Shown one piece after another: positions 28,752-39,500 of a stretch of DNA of 64,000 bases. Both the position numbers and the translations under genes were made by a program. Below the pieces are notes generated by a model that saw only the letters and a program-made list of their open reading frames with translations, was not told the DNA's origin and did not search any database. Origin of the DNA: a candidate division WOR-3 bacterium (GTDB lineage: Bacteria > Hydrothermota > Tepidihabitantia > Tepidihabitantales > Tepidihabitantaceae); the NCBI GenBank assembly GCA_037441285.1, contig JBBISL010000005.1, positions 49,054 to 113,053 on the forward strand, in the 5' to 3' direction. Each line of letters starts with the position of its first letter. Position 1 is the first letter of the stretch.

Positions 28752-30230
28752 TTACTCTGCTCGACCGGTGTTTTTGATGTCACCACCAAACATGGGCCAG
28801 GAGGAGTCGGCCGGACCACCGTAGCCAACAACACACCAGGCACGGGTGCCATCGCCGATGTAGATGTAGCCGGCATCGTCAATCTTCGGGGCGGAAATAA
28901 AATCGCCGGGTGTGCCAATGCCCAGTCCCGCAGCCCAGCGCCTTGAGCCGTCACTGTTGACCGCATAGAGTGAATCGCGGTCACCTTGCTGGTCAATCAG
29001 TCCAACACAAAGGAAGTAGACAACGCCAGTATTGCTAACCGCCGGAGTTGAGGCGTCACCAGTTAGCGGTGGAATGAACTGCCAGTTGATGTTGCCGTTC
29101 TGTGGGGAAACGGCGAGCAGTGTGCCACTCAGGGTGATGTAGATTGTGCCATCACCACCGATTACCGGAGCCGAAAGTTCGCCCACAAAGCGCACCGCCC
29201 AGTTTTCATTTCCATCGGCAATGTTCACCGAGGCAAGCCAGCCATCCTCGTCGGTTACATAGAGAACAGAACTTCGGGTGTCGATTGCGGGCGGTGCCGC
29301 TATCGCCTGTCGCATACCGTAACGCCATTTTATCTGACCATCTGAAGGGCTAATGGCATAGAGGGTATCGTCCTGAGAAACAAACACCGTGCCGTCCGGA
29401 CCGATTACCGGTGAATGTTCTCCGCCACCGGCATAGAAAACCCATTTCCGGGCGCCATCGTTTGGGTCAATGGCAAAAACCGAGTCGTTTTCGGTCTGGA
29501 TAAAGATTGTGCCATCGGACCCAAGAGCGGGCAGGGCGGTTATGCCGGAGCGGAAGGTTACCTTCCATTTTTTCTGGCCGGAGGGAGTGACGGCGTAAAG
29601 GTTACCTTCTTCGGTGCCGAAGTAAATTGTGCCGTCCGGGCTGATTGTTGCACCGATGGAAAGTTCGTCTTCATCTTCCGGTATGAACTCCCAGCGCCGG
29701 TTGCCGTTGGCGTTACGGCACATCAGTGCCGGAATGTCCGCGGCAGGAATGTAGACATTGCCTTCGGGTCCGATACTGAAGATGTGGTTGGAGAAGTCGG
29801 CAGAGTCTTCGGGTGCTTCCGGGTCAGTATAGGTAAATCGCCAGCGGACTTCGCCTTCACCCGGGCTGATTTCGATAATCAGCGGCTCAGACCAACCGGA
29901 AACCCGGCCTTTGGAGTTTTTTGCCCGGGCTTTAATTTCCATCGAGCCCGCGGTAGTATAGGTGTGGGTATCGGCATAGGCGATACCACCATCAACCCAG
30001 CCGGACCATTGAGATTGCGAGCCATCGCCCCAATCGAACTGGTAGGCAACCTGACTACCTGATGGGTCGGTGGTGCGAGTGGAGCAGGTGAAGACAACAT
30101 TTTTGTATCCGAGAAGCGGGCCACTGGGTTTTTCCGGAACAAGCGGTGGTTTCGGACAGCCCGAAAAGATGAGCGCCGCGAGGAACACAATCCCCGCGCC
30201 GAGCCATGTCGGCGTAATCTTAAACTTCAT
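28752..30230 (-). CDS. Lipoprotein with PKD domain and PQQ-like beta-propeller repeats
   Basis: Lipobox FSGC, YQFDWGDG (PKD), repeats PALGSDGTIF..AIDP.G..KW. Confidence 0.85.
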   Translation of the reverse strand: MKFKITPTWLGAGIVFLAALIFSGCPKPPLVPEKPSGPLLGYKNVVFTCSTRTTDPSGSQVAYQFDWGDGSQSQWSGWVDGGIAYADTHTYTTAGSMEIKARAKNSKGRVSGWSEPLIIEISPGEGEVRWRFTYTDPEAPEDSADFSNHIFSIGPEGNVYIPAADIPALMCRNANGNRRWEFIPEDEDELSIGATISPDGTIYFGTEEGNLYAVTPSGQKKWKVTFRSGITALPALGSDGTIFIQTENDSVFAIDPNDGARKWVFYAGGGEHSPVIGPDGTVFVSQDDTLYAISPSDGQIKWRYGMRQAIAAPPAIDTRSSVLYVTDEDGWLASVNIADGNENWAVRFVGELSAPVIGGDGTIYITLSGTLLAVSPQNGNINWQFIPPLTGDASTPAVSNTGVVYFLCVGLIDQQGDRDSLYAVNSDGSRRWAAGLGIGTPGDFISAPKIDDAGYIYIGDGTRAWCVVGYGGPADSSWPMFGGDIKNTGRAE

Positions 30231-30288
30231 ACATCCTCCTTGCGATTAAAAACATCAGACATATAGAATAACAGGAAAAAGACCCCTG

Positions 30289-31035
30289 TCAAGGGTTAGC
30301 GGCGGTAGATTGAATAACGCGTCTATCCAAAAAGTCTAAGACGGTGGGTTCGATTTCATCCCAGATGTAGTCATGGTCTGGGATGTGCCACACCTCTTCG
30401 AGGCGGTGGTTTTTCCCTTTAACCCAGCCGATGAGAAGATTCCCGATGTCTTCAAGTAGGGAGGCAAGAACAGTTTCAACTTCACCGGTCGTGAGAGGGT
30501 CAGCGCCTTCGTTGTCGAGAATCAGGTTGTTTTCGCTGCGCAATAAACCATGCCAGAACGGTGGACCGAGTTCGATAGAGAAGGTCCGCGCCGCCAATTG
30601 GGGAGGGAGCAGCTCCATAACCTGATTTGAGAAAACCGCACCGTTTGAGATACTGATAAAGATAAATTTTAGTTGCCTATTTGCCTGAGCCAGAGATTCA
30701 ATTTTGGATACGAAATGACGCGCCTGACAGTGGTGGAGGTCTAACATCTCAGTTAATGTCTTCAACTGGGTAGAAAAGTTCGGGGTTGTGGCAGGGGGTT
30801 TGACTGGAGCCCGGTGATAAGGAATGACAGCCGAGGAAACCCCTTTGCGGACAAGGTAATCTTGAATGCCTTTTACAATCGGGAAAATGTCGGGCGATTT
30901 TTTTAGCGGCACATTACCCCAGCCGCCACGATGGGTGATGATGACAACATCAAAATGTTCTGGTTTCTCAGTAATGGTTGAAAAGGAGGATTGGGTGAGC
31001 AGTGGTAAAAGCAGATGCAGGAGAAGGCTGGGCGT
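30289..31035 (-). CDS. Hypothetical alpha/beta-fold secreted protein; likely start codon is non-canonical (ACG at 31035) or mutated
   Basis: Frame open 42 codons upstream of GTG30912, giving PSLLLHLLLPLLTQ..DVVIITHRGGWG; SISNGA is nucleophile-elbow-like. Confidence 0.5.
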   Translation of the reverse strand, partial: TPSLLLHLLLPLLTQSSFSTITEKPEHFDVVIITHRGGWGNVPLKKSPDIFPIVKGIQDYLVRKGVSSAVIPYHRAPVKPPATTPNFSTQLKTLTEMLDLHHCQARHFVSKIESLAQANRQLKFIFISISNGAVFSNQVMELLPPQLAARTFSIELGPPFWHGLLRSENNLILDNEGADPLTTGEVETVLASLLEDIGNLLIGWVKGKNHRLEEVWHIPDHDYIWDEIEPTVLDFLDRRVIQSTAANP

Positions 31036-31038
31036 AGG

Positions 31039-31698
31039 CTATTTTTTGTTTGAGGTGCTGTCCTCGGGTACGGGTTCAGGTTTTGGAGCAAGGCTAAAAG
31101 TGTAACTGGACTTCCTGGCGTGTTTGGCTTTGAAAGATGGGCTTTTCGGGTTGCGGGCAAGGATAAGGCTGTAAGTCTGTCCCGGGGCCAATTCTGAAAT
31201 CGCCGTACCTTTTAACCCGGTCCATTTAAGCGGATAGGCGAACTCAATCACCATTTCGTCGGTCTCATCGTCGTAATCAATTTCCCAGTCTTCAAGGAGA
31301 TTGGTATCGGTCACCGGTTTGTGGGACCAGCCGGCACCGATGTGGTTTTCGAGGTTTGTCGAGTCTTCGGTATAGTAGCCAATAAAGATGTTAGATTTGT
31401 CCATTTTGGGTGAGCCGAGACCCAGTGCAATCCAGCCGGTTCCTTTTGCCGAGAGCGCTACATAGAGCAGGCTATCGTCATAACCCCAGTAGATAGTAAC
31501 ACCAGTAACCGGGTCATAAAAAGAACCGGGATACTCCTGGCCCTCAATATCAACGAATCCATCAGCACTAACCCTATCTTCTAGTTCCGGGTCATAAGGC
31601 ACAACCGGTGTTTCGGGTTTGCCTTTTTCCTGAGCGAGGGCAAACGAAAAGGTGATTGTTGTCAAAAAAAGCACGGTCAATGCGATTTTTTTGCTCAT
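31039..31698 (-). CDS. Secreted DOMON-domain protein
   Basis: Signal peptide; GTGWIALGLG..MDKSNIFIG, C-terminal His. Confidence 0.75.
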   Translation of the reverse strand: MSKKIALTVLFLTTITFSFALAQEKGKPETPVVPYDPELEDRVSADGFVDIEGQEYPGSFYDPVTGVTIYWGYDDSLLYVALSAKGTGWIALGLGSPKMDKSNIFIGYYTEDSTNLENHIGAGWSHKPVTDTNLLEDWEIDYDDETDEMVIEFAYPLKWTGLKGTAISELAPGQTYSLILARNPKSPSFKAKHARKSSYTFSLAPKPEPVPEDSTSNKK

Positions 31699-32034
31699 TT
31701 TATGCTCCTTTTGTTTTTATTAAATTTTAGTAGTTAAAACCTTAAAGTCAAGCATTAAAAGATTAGCGGCGTCCTAACTTTACAACAGAATACCGGCGAA
31801 TCGAGATTATTTGACAGCCGTGTTTTTATGCTGTATTCGCCGTTTTTTTCGGCAGTAATTAATTCGGTGTCGCATGCGGTATAAAGATTTGTTAAATAAC
31901 TTATTCTATTATAATGCGTTATTTATTTTAATTTTGTGCGACACATTTGGAACATAAATTGCATATAAGTATTATAAGAATTGATTGTGGGAGAGGCTTT
32001 TGAGGGGGTAGAGATGCGTCGTAGCTCTGCGCCT

Positions 32035-32066
32035 GGCCGCCCGCTTTATTCCGGGCGGTCTTTTTT
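32035..32066 (+). terminator. Orphan terminator-like hairpin in AT-rich intergenic region
   Basis: GGCCGCCCG/CGGGCGGTC stem + T6. Confidence 0.6.
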
Positions 32067-32132
32067 AATAACTGTTGATGTCGCATAGGGCTTATGTTAT
32101 AATCAATCAAAAGAAAACAAAAACTTATATTT

Positions 32133-32639
32133 ATGGATAAGAGAATTTTGCCGATTTGTTTACGGCGTAGTGTTCGGGACTATCTTGATGTACCGGTGCA
32201 AGAGGCGGATGTGATTGCTCTGCTCGAGGCGGGAATGGCGGCACCTTCAGCCAGAAATCTTAAACCCTGGCATTTTATTGTGATAAAAGCACGGGAGATG
32301 TTGCGCCGGATAGCCGAAATTCACCCTGCAGCGCAGATGCTTAATCAGGCACCGCTGGCGATTGCGGTCTGTGGTGATAAGGAGGTTTCGCCCCATTTCT
32401 GGGTGCAGGACTGCTCAGCGGCGACCGAAAATATTCTGATAGCCGCTGCAATGCTTGGCTTGGGTGCGGTCTGGCTTGGTGTTCATCCAAGGGCGGAACG
32501 GGAAAGGTCGTTAAAAGAGCTGCTTAAGATTCCTGATAAATTTGGGCTGTTGTGTGTGATTTCGGTGGGGGTGCCGAAGGTCAAACCTGAGCCCCGGACC
32601 CAGTTTGACCCGAGTCGGATTCATCAGGAGCGGTGGTGA
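32133..32639 (+). CDS. Nitroreductase family protein
   Basis: RRSVRDY, AAPSARNLKPWHF, QDCSAATENILIAA..LGLGAVWLG. Confidence 0.92.
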   Translation: MDKRILPICLRRSVRDYLDVPVQEADVIALLEAGMAAPSARNLKPWHFIVIKAREMLRRIAEIHPAAQMLNQAPLAIAVCGDKEVSPHFWVQDCSAATENILIAAAMLGLGAVWLGVHPRAERERSLKELLKIPDKFGLLCVISVGVPKVKPEPRTQFDPSRIHQERW

Positions 32640-34659
32640 ATCGGGTGCCGAGGATTGCGGCACCAATCTGGGAGAGGTGAAAGTTAGCCCGCTCCAGGTC
32701 TGCTATTATATCCAGATGAATGGTTGAGGTGTCCAGCGACTCTTTTAAGCCGCGGGATAAACGGGTGAGGTGGCGGTTGTGGAGCTCCCGTTTGCGCTCT
32801 ACCCCCCAGCTGCGTTTTTGCACAAGTTGCTGGGCGAGATTTTTGTCCCAGGTGGTAAGGCAGGCAAGGGTAAGGGTAAAGTTTTCCTGAACCTCGTGGT
32901 GGAACTGTTTGATTTCCTCCAAACCATCTTCTGAGAAGGCAAGGTTTTCGTTCAGTTTTTTGCGGGTGTAGTTGACGAGATTTTTGGAGACGATGTCGGC
33001 GATGTGCTCGAGCTCATCGGTAATGTAGAAAAGGGCAAGGGTCTTTTTGGATATTTCCGGACCGAGCGATTCTTGAGAGATGCGGGCGAGGTAGCCGGTG
33101 AGCGCTTCTTCAAGCCGGTCAACCTGGTCGTCCTGGGCAACAAGTTGTCGGCAGTCGGTTTTGTCACCACGAAGAAATACGGTAATCGACCGCTGGAACA
33201 TCTGTTGCACAAGTTCTGCCATCCGGAGAAGTTCACGATTAACCTGCGCCAGCGCCAGTTCCGGTGCATCGAGCGATGCCTGGTTAATGTATCTGGTGGC
33301 CAGGTACTTCTGTTCTCGGTCCGGTACGATAAGGCAGAGCAGTTTCTGATAAGCGGTCAAAAAGGGGAGAAAGAGCAGGGCAGAGCCGATGTTTAATAGG
33401 GTGTGGGCGTTGGCAATCTGCCGGGCAACGGTGTTACCGGTGGCAGAGAAAAGATGGGTGAGCGGGTTGAGAAATGGCAGGCAGATGATAGCGACGGTAA
33501 TTTTAAACAGAATCTGCGCGGCGGCGATACGCCGGGCTTCGGTGGTGGTGCGCCAGGATGCGACGATGGCGTTGAGGGCGCTGCCGATATTGGCGCCGAT
33601 GATGAAAGGGATAGCGGCTTTAAGTTCGACCAGTCCGGCAAAGGAGAAGCCAACCACGATGCCAATCGTTGCCGCTGAGGAGCGAATGAGTGCGGTGAGC
33701 AGAAGGGCAAAGAGAAGGGCAAGAATGGGGTGGGAACTGGCGGCTTTGACCGTTTGCTGAATCGCCGGAACAAACGGCAGGGGTTCGGCAGCATTCAGCA
33801 CAACCTTGAGGGAGTAAAACACCAGTCCGAAGCCAAATAGCGCCTGACCGATGTCTCGGACCCGGGGAATAGTGTTCATCAACACAAGACCGAGGAACAC
33901 AACAATCAAAGAGTATTCAAACAGCTGGAAGGAGAGGAGCTGGACGGTTATTGTGGTGCCGATGTCGGCACCGAGGATGACGCCGAGCGATTGGCTCAGG
34001 GTAAGCAGTCCGCTGGAAGCGAGCGAGATGAGCAGACTGATGACCGCGGTTGACGATTGAAAGATGACCGTTACGACAATGCCAACGAGCAGACTAAAGA
34101 ACCGGTTTCGGGTCAGGGTGAAGAGCGCTTCACGCAAGCGGTTACCGGCAAGTCGGCGCAAACCCTTGGAGCCGTAGTACAGGCCAAACAGGAACAAAGC
34201 CAGACCGCCGACAATTTCCACGATGGTGAGCCAAAGCCAGTGCCGTTTTAACCCGCGCAGGGAAAACATCAGTTCCTGACCATTGGCGACGGCGCGGATG
34301 CGGTAGTCACCGGCACCGCTGCCCAGTTGCACGCGGGTCCGGGCAAAACCCAATCGGTCGGTGAAGACGAGGGTGTCGGTAATGCGTGCCGATTTGCCGG
34401 GATAAAACCGATTCTCATCCGGTTCGCTGAGGAGCGAGAATCGTACCGGCAGGCCGGCAATTGGTTTGCCGCCACTCAACACCTGCACCGTAAGCGGCTT
34501 TGGCAGTTCGGTTCCGGCTTCGGTTACCTGGTTGTTCCCGGAGATGTCTTCATCGCCCAGTCGGGCAAAGCGTAACTCCAGTTCGCGGCTGAAGCCCAAC
34601 GAGGTGCCAAGGAGCGCCCCGATAATGAAAAAGATTTTAAGTTTGTGCCGCTGCCGCAT
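32581..34659 (-). CDS. Na/Pi cotransporter (NptA/YjbB family) with N-terminal Ig-like domain and C-terminal PhoU domains
   Basis: GGLALFLFG, QSSTA, GADIGTT, GANIGS, IANAHT, LEHIAD; leaderless promoter TTGACA-N17-TAAGGT-N6-ATG. Confidence 0.9.
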   Translation of the reverse strand: MRQRHKLKIFFIIGALLGTSLGFSRELELRFARLGDEDISGNNQVTEAGTELPKPLTVQVLSGGKPIAGLPVRFSLLSEPDENRFYPGKSARITDTLVFTDRLGFARTRVQLGSGAGDYRIRAVANGQELMFSLRGLKRHWLWLTIVEIVGGLALFLFGLYYGSKGLRRLAGNRLREALFTLTRNRFFSLLVGIVVTVIFQSSTAVISLLISLASSGLLTLSQSLGVILGADIGTTITVQLLSFQLFEYSLIVVFLGLVLMNTIPRVRDIGQALFGFGLVFYSLKVVLNAAEPLPFVPAIQQTVKAASSHPILALLFALLLTALIRSSAATIGIVVGFSFAGLVELKAAIPFIIGANIGSALNAIVASWRTTTEARRIAAAQILFKITVAIICLPFLNPLTHLFSATGNTVARQIANAHTLLNIGSALLFLPFLTAYQKLLCLIVPDREQKYLATRYINQASLDAPELALAQVNRELLRMAELVQQMFQRSITVFLRGDKTDCRQLVAQDDQVDRLEEALTGYLARISQESLGPEISKKTLALFYITDELEHIADIVSKNLVNYTRKKLNENLAFSEDGLEEIKQFHHEVQENFTLTLACLTTWDKNLAQQLVQKRSWGVERKRELHNRHLTRLSRGLKESLDTSTIHLDIIADLERANFHLSQIGAAILGTRFTTAPDESDSGQTGSGAQV

Positions 34660-34670
34660 AGGAAAACCTT

Positions 34671-34705
34671 AGAGGCAAAATTAGCATCTGTCAAGGATTG
34701 GTCGG
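34671..34705 (+). repeat. 35-bp direct repeat, left copy
   Basis: AGAGGCAAAATTAGCATCTGTCAAGGATTGGTCGG; 34/35 identical to 42901-42935. Confidence 0.95.
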
Positions 34706-35044
34706 GGAAGTTCTCTGTTAATCCACAGCGAAATGTCACAGAGGTTTTCTGATTCCGGGGTAGTTTTGGGATAGTAGATGGTTTCGTTCCTTGCCCAAGG
34801 CGGATAGTTCTAACACCGATGATGGTGCGCATGTCAACTCCGATGACAATGTTGGGATTTATTGTATAATTATATAAGACAGGATATGAATGAGCATAGC
34901 GGTTTGGCCGTTATATTAGTGCCGTACATCAGAGAATTGTTGCTCAGACAGACAGAAACTCCCGCTTTAGACAATTTATCCGGATTGAAAAATCGCAGGC
35001 GGTTTGTCTGCTTTAGCCTTTTTGCTCTTTGAAAATCAGGAGGG

Positions 35045-36403
35045 CTATTTCAGGACGAGAACCTTACGGATGATGCTCTGGTTGTCTTTTGTAATGCGGA
35101 GGAAATAGCTGCCGGGTGTCACGGTCGTGGTGTGCCAGGCATTTTCTTCAGGTCTGGCAATAACCCTGCCCGAGGCATCAACAACGCTCACCGCGATATC
35201 GCTCAACCCGGATATTTTCACCGTCTCTCCCCGGCGCACAACTGAAGGGTAGATATTAACTCTTTGTAATTCAGCCGATTGGCTTTCGCCAAGACCAAGT
35301 GAAACATACTCACGGATGACGGTCCACTGGGTTGAGTCTCGATACCGGTCGATGAGTTCTGCTTTTCCGTCGGAGTTGATGTCATACAGGGTCATTTCGC
35401 CCCCAACCCACTCAGTCTGCCAGAACTGCTCATACCGGTCGTTGCCGGTGCAGCGGAATAATCTCACACCCGCACCATCTGTAACCGCAAACTCGGGTCT
35501 GCCATCGCCATCCACATCGCCAACGCCGATTGAATTGCCGGGGTATGCCGGATAAAAATAGGTGACCCAGACGAGTTCAAAGGAGTCGTTGCAAGGGGAC
35601 TCCAGGACACCGAGGATGCCCCTGTCATCCGAATCTATCCCGAACACGATTGCCTCGTTTCTGCCATCTCTGTCCATATCCGGCGCTGCACCAAGAGCAT
35701 GGGGGCGAGCACTGCTGGGGAGAAGAAATCTGTATTTTACAACCATTGAGTCGTCAGCCACAGCCTCATAAATGTATCCATAGATGTCTTCTAAAACCAG
35801 GAGTTCAGGAATGCCATCCCGGTCAAGGTCAGGAGTCTGTATGAAGTCCGTTAACCAAGAATGAGATTTACGGCACACAAGGTTATATCTGTCCGGGCCG
35901 GTGCACTCATAGACCTTTATCTCACGAGTAATAATGGATTCTGTATAAAAGGTGACCTCGCGTGCTCCATCCGCATCTAAGTCAGTGATTCTCGCGGGAT
36001 CAAGCCCACCACAACAGGCATATGCTTGCCACACTATTACAGAGGGCAGGGACATTGAATCGGCGCTTTCAAGAACGCTAAGAAAGCCCGTTATTGAGGT
36101 TGTGTCTGCTTCTGTTAACAGGTCGGTCTTACCGTCCTGGTCAACATCCCCAATGTCCCAGACGGGTGTTTCGATATAGCCAAGTGGAAAGGTGTCAAAC
36201 TGCGAGCCACCAGTGTATTCCAAGATGTAGTTTGTCCACCCACCTTCTTTGAGGAGCATCATATAGATTTCCTGTTTACCATCGTGGTCGGCATCACCGC
36301 ACACATACCGGTCCCAGGCGAAACCTTGCACCCGGGCAATTTCCCGCATCTCAAAAGAGTCAGGGGGGGTGGCAAGCAAGGATAACAGGAACAGAAGCCC
36401 CAT
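35045..36403 (-). CDS. FG-GAP/VCBS repeat protein with T9SS-like C-terminal tail
   Basis: Repeats GDVDQDGKTDL, DLDADGAREV, GDVDGDGRPEF; tail VVDASGRVI..PGSYFL..KVLVLK; start ATG36403 behind TTGACA-N16-TATTAT. Confidence 0.85.
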   Translation of the reverse strand: MGLLFLLSLLATPPDSFEMREIARVQGFAWDRYVCGDADHDGKQEIYMMLLKEGGWTNYILEYTGGSQFDTFPLGYIETPVWDIGDVDQDGKTDLLTEADTTSITGFLSVLESADSMSLPSVIVWQAYACCGGLDPARITDLDADGAREVTFYTESIITREIKVYECTGPDRYNLVCRKSHSWLTDFIQTPDLDRDGIPELLVLEDIYGYIYEAVADDSMVVKYRFLLPSSARPHALGAAPDMDRDGRNEAIVFGIDSDDRGILGVLESPCNDSFELVWVTYFYPAYPGNSIGVGDVDGDGRPEFAVTDGAGVRLFRCTGNDRYEQFWQTEWVGGEMTLYDINSDGKAELIDRYRDSTQWTVIREYVSLGLGESQSAELQRVNIYPSVVRRGETVKISGLSDIAVSVVDASGRVIARPEENAWHTTTVTPGSYFLRITKDNQSIIRKVLVLK

Positions 36404-36554
36404 ACGAAATAATAATAACATATCCCCTACCGCTGTCAAGGTTTGAAGGAAGCCAGACCCGTCTGCGGGTGTCGCAGGCAAAGGAGGTGAAGAGAAGAAC
36501 ATAAAAGGCAGGAAAAGGTCTGAGGCTCGACAAAAACAATGAAAGGAGTAAAAA

Positions 36555-39500
36555 GTGAAAAGGTTTGTAGCAGTGTGCGCCGTCCTGGTTATCGCAACGA
36601 CGGCATATGCGGGTGATGCTTACCCGCTGTTTTACAGATGGGTGATAGGACCCGCGAGTTTGGTAGAGAGATGCCAAGATTCCTTGGAGTGCACCGCCAA
36701 TAACGGCTGGGCGCTGTGCGAACAAACTGCCGACGGCAACATCGGTCGCATCCATATTGTATACACGAAATGGACAGGTAGGGTGAGCAAGGTGTACACC
36801 AGGTACACCACTGACAGAGGGAAAAGTTGGTCCTCTATCAGAAATCTCTCCTATTCCGACAGCGCGCGGGATGCGGCGATAGCCTGTCTTGGCTGTACCC
36901 TTGCGGTGGCATTTTCGGATATATGGAGAGGTATGAGGCATATGATGTACGCCCAGGACACGGGCCGTAGCGGCACCAGGTGGTTAACATACGGGGAAAA
37001 GCCTCTCTCGGATGATGATACGTCGCAGTTTGACAACCGGCATCCGTCGGTCGCGGTTACCTGGAGAGCGAAGTCTGATGAAGACAGTTCGGACGCTCGC
37101 TACGGGGCTTTGGCACGGATAGCGTGGATAGATTCAGTGGACGCCACAAATCCAAGAGGTCGTGACGCTTGGATGACCGAGTTCACTGTTAATATGCACA
37201 AGTTGGGCACTACTTGGTGGGAGGAGTATGTGTCGGACAGCTGGGCAGAATACCCATCAGTCTGTTGGAATGGTGTTCGGGATAAAGTCAATGATGCCTG
37301 GTTTGCATTTGAAGGAATAGGTACCGCTGGGTCTGACCACGAGATATTCGTTTTACGTTCCATTCCTAACGCTGGGAAAATTCCGAAGCTACTCACAGAC
37401 AACGCTTGTTATGACGGCCGTCCCTGCATTCAGATTCTTGATACCATCCCACCCCAAGACCCAAATGGGAGTGAGCGAATGGACACGGTCATTACCGTTT
37501 ACGAGAGTAAGCCTGGGAACCGTACCAGAATTTACCGGAAACGATGGCACTTTGATAGTAACGGCATTGTTAAGGTGGACACAAGTGGCGAGGCGTTTCC
37601 TAACTGGAATAGTACCTGGAACATCGGGCGGCCCAACATCTGGCGCCGACATTATCCGCCCAATAACGCCAACGATACGGTGTTTATGGTGTTTGCCGGT
37701 GAGTATCCTACAGGACTCGCCCAGTTCTGGAGTATCTCTATAAACCGAGGTGACAACTGGAAGACCCCGGAGCGTGTGGTGGGTCCGATAAGTCCGAACG
37801 CATCCATCATCGGCGGTTACCGGTATGCAAACATCCTGGCTTCGCTTCACTACAGAGGTTGGCATTACCTTGTTTTCTTTCCTGTTTCCTACGTCAATGT
37901 AGGTGAAATTGGGGATGATGCGGTGGTGGCTCCAACAGGTCGTCTTCTTCAGCGAGACGCATCGTGCAGCCCCAGACTTTGGTGTGTAGGTAGTACCGGC
38001 GAGTATCCTCTCGTATTGACCAGCACTGACAACGGACTTAACTGGGAAAACTACGGCAGTCCTGGCTGGGGCGATTCTCCTGCCCTATCACTTGACTCCG
38101 ACACCATGCCCGTCGCGGCATTTATGGACAGTAATTCCCTTTACTGCAGCCAACCTACTATTGATAAAACCATCTGGTGTCCGATAAAAGTCTATGAGGC
38201 GGTTGCCGGTGAGGTAATCAGAACACCTTCGGTTGCGCTTTATCCGGGCAAGGTGAGCGGTGTGAAGGTGGCGGCGGTTACTTTTGCGGTCTATGACACG
38301 GTAGCGGGTACATCAAAGATTATGTTTGCGAAGGTTGACACAGGCACGGTCATCCTGGATACGATTGATACCAGAAATGACCTCACGGATAGTTTTCCCT
38401 GCATCAGCATCGCTAACACCGACTCGGTTTATGTAACCTATCAGCGGGGAACCGAAGTGGTGGGCAGCGCCCTTTTTGACTACGCTGCCGCTTCTACAGA
38501 AAGACCGCCAGTCTGGAAAGCGCTTGGTGCAATCGGCGAGGGGTATCATCCGATGTCAGAGATTGAGGGCGGAATTCTCCACTGTGTCTGGACAAAACGG
38601 GTAGAGAATAATAATGTGCCAGACACTATGGTTATCTCCCACTCAACCTTCGATGTTAGCGACTCTCCGCAGTTTTCCGGCTGGCAGGCGGGTGCAACCC
38701 TAAGTTGTCGAGACACAACAGACAAGGCGAATCCGGTTTATGCCGGGATTGGGGTAACGGTCTGGAACGAGCTGGTGAATGGCAAATGGGCAATTAAAGC
38801 CAAAGTCAGGGATAGCATCCGAACGTTTGTAGCAAACAGCCATAACTGCCGCTATCCCCAAGCGCTGGCTGAATCCAGCGCCATATCTCCATCTATTGAC
38901 CAGATCAGATTGGCGGTGTTATGGTACGAAGAAGTTGCGCCCGACACCACGGTGTTGGGTTTCAAAGTTGACTCTTTCAATATCTCTCATGCGCGCGCGA
39001 ATGCCACAAGTATCAACAATGGGACAAAGTTAATCCGCAAGGCTAACTCAGACTCACTCTTTGCGGTCTATACCGCCCTTGACGGTGCAGTGATGTTTGC
39101 CCGAAGTGCGAATGGTGACTCGTGGAAAAGAGATGTCCTTGCTGAAGGTTGTGAGTTCCCAGCGATTGCGGAGGACGGCACGGGTAGGAAATGGGCGGTG
39201 ATGAACTATACGGGCAACACCCACGCCAACGGAGTTGAGGCACGCTATCTCAATACCAACGACACTTGGTCAAATGCTCAGACCGTTTATTCCTTCTCGA
39301 AGCAGGGTTCGGCAGGACCGGTTGCCATTGCCGCCACTTCTGATGGAAGTAACCCCTGCTGTTATGCCGCATTCCTTTATAACAACGGCGCAGGTAATAA
39401 GTTTCTTATTGTGGCGAAGTTTAACGGTGACAGCCTGAGAATAGATACGGTTGCTAATGGCAGTAATCTTGGTGACCCGGCGATTGCAGTTGAGCCTGAT

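Noticed and set aside
32076..32103. dif-like site (CGCATAG..TTATGTTATAA)
   Set aside because: Only 3 nt between arms instead of 6; better explained as the nitroreductase promoter
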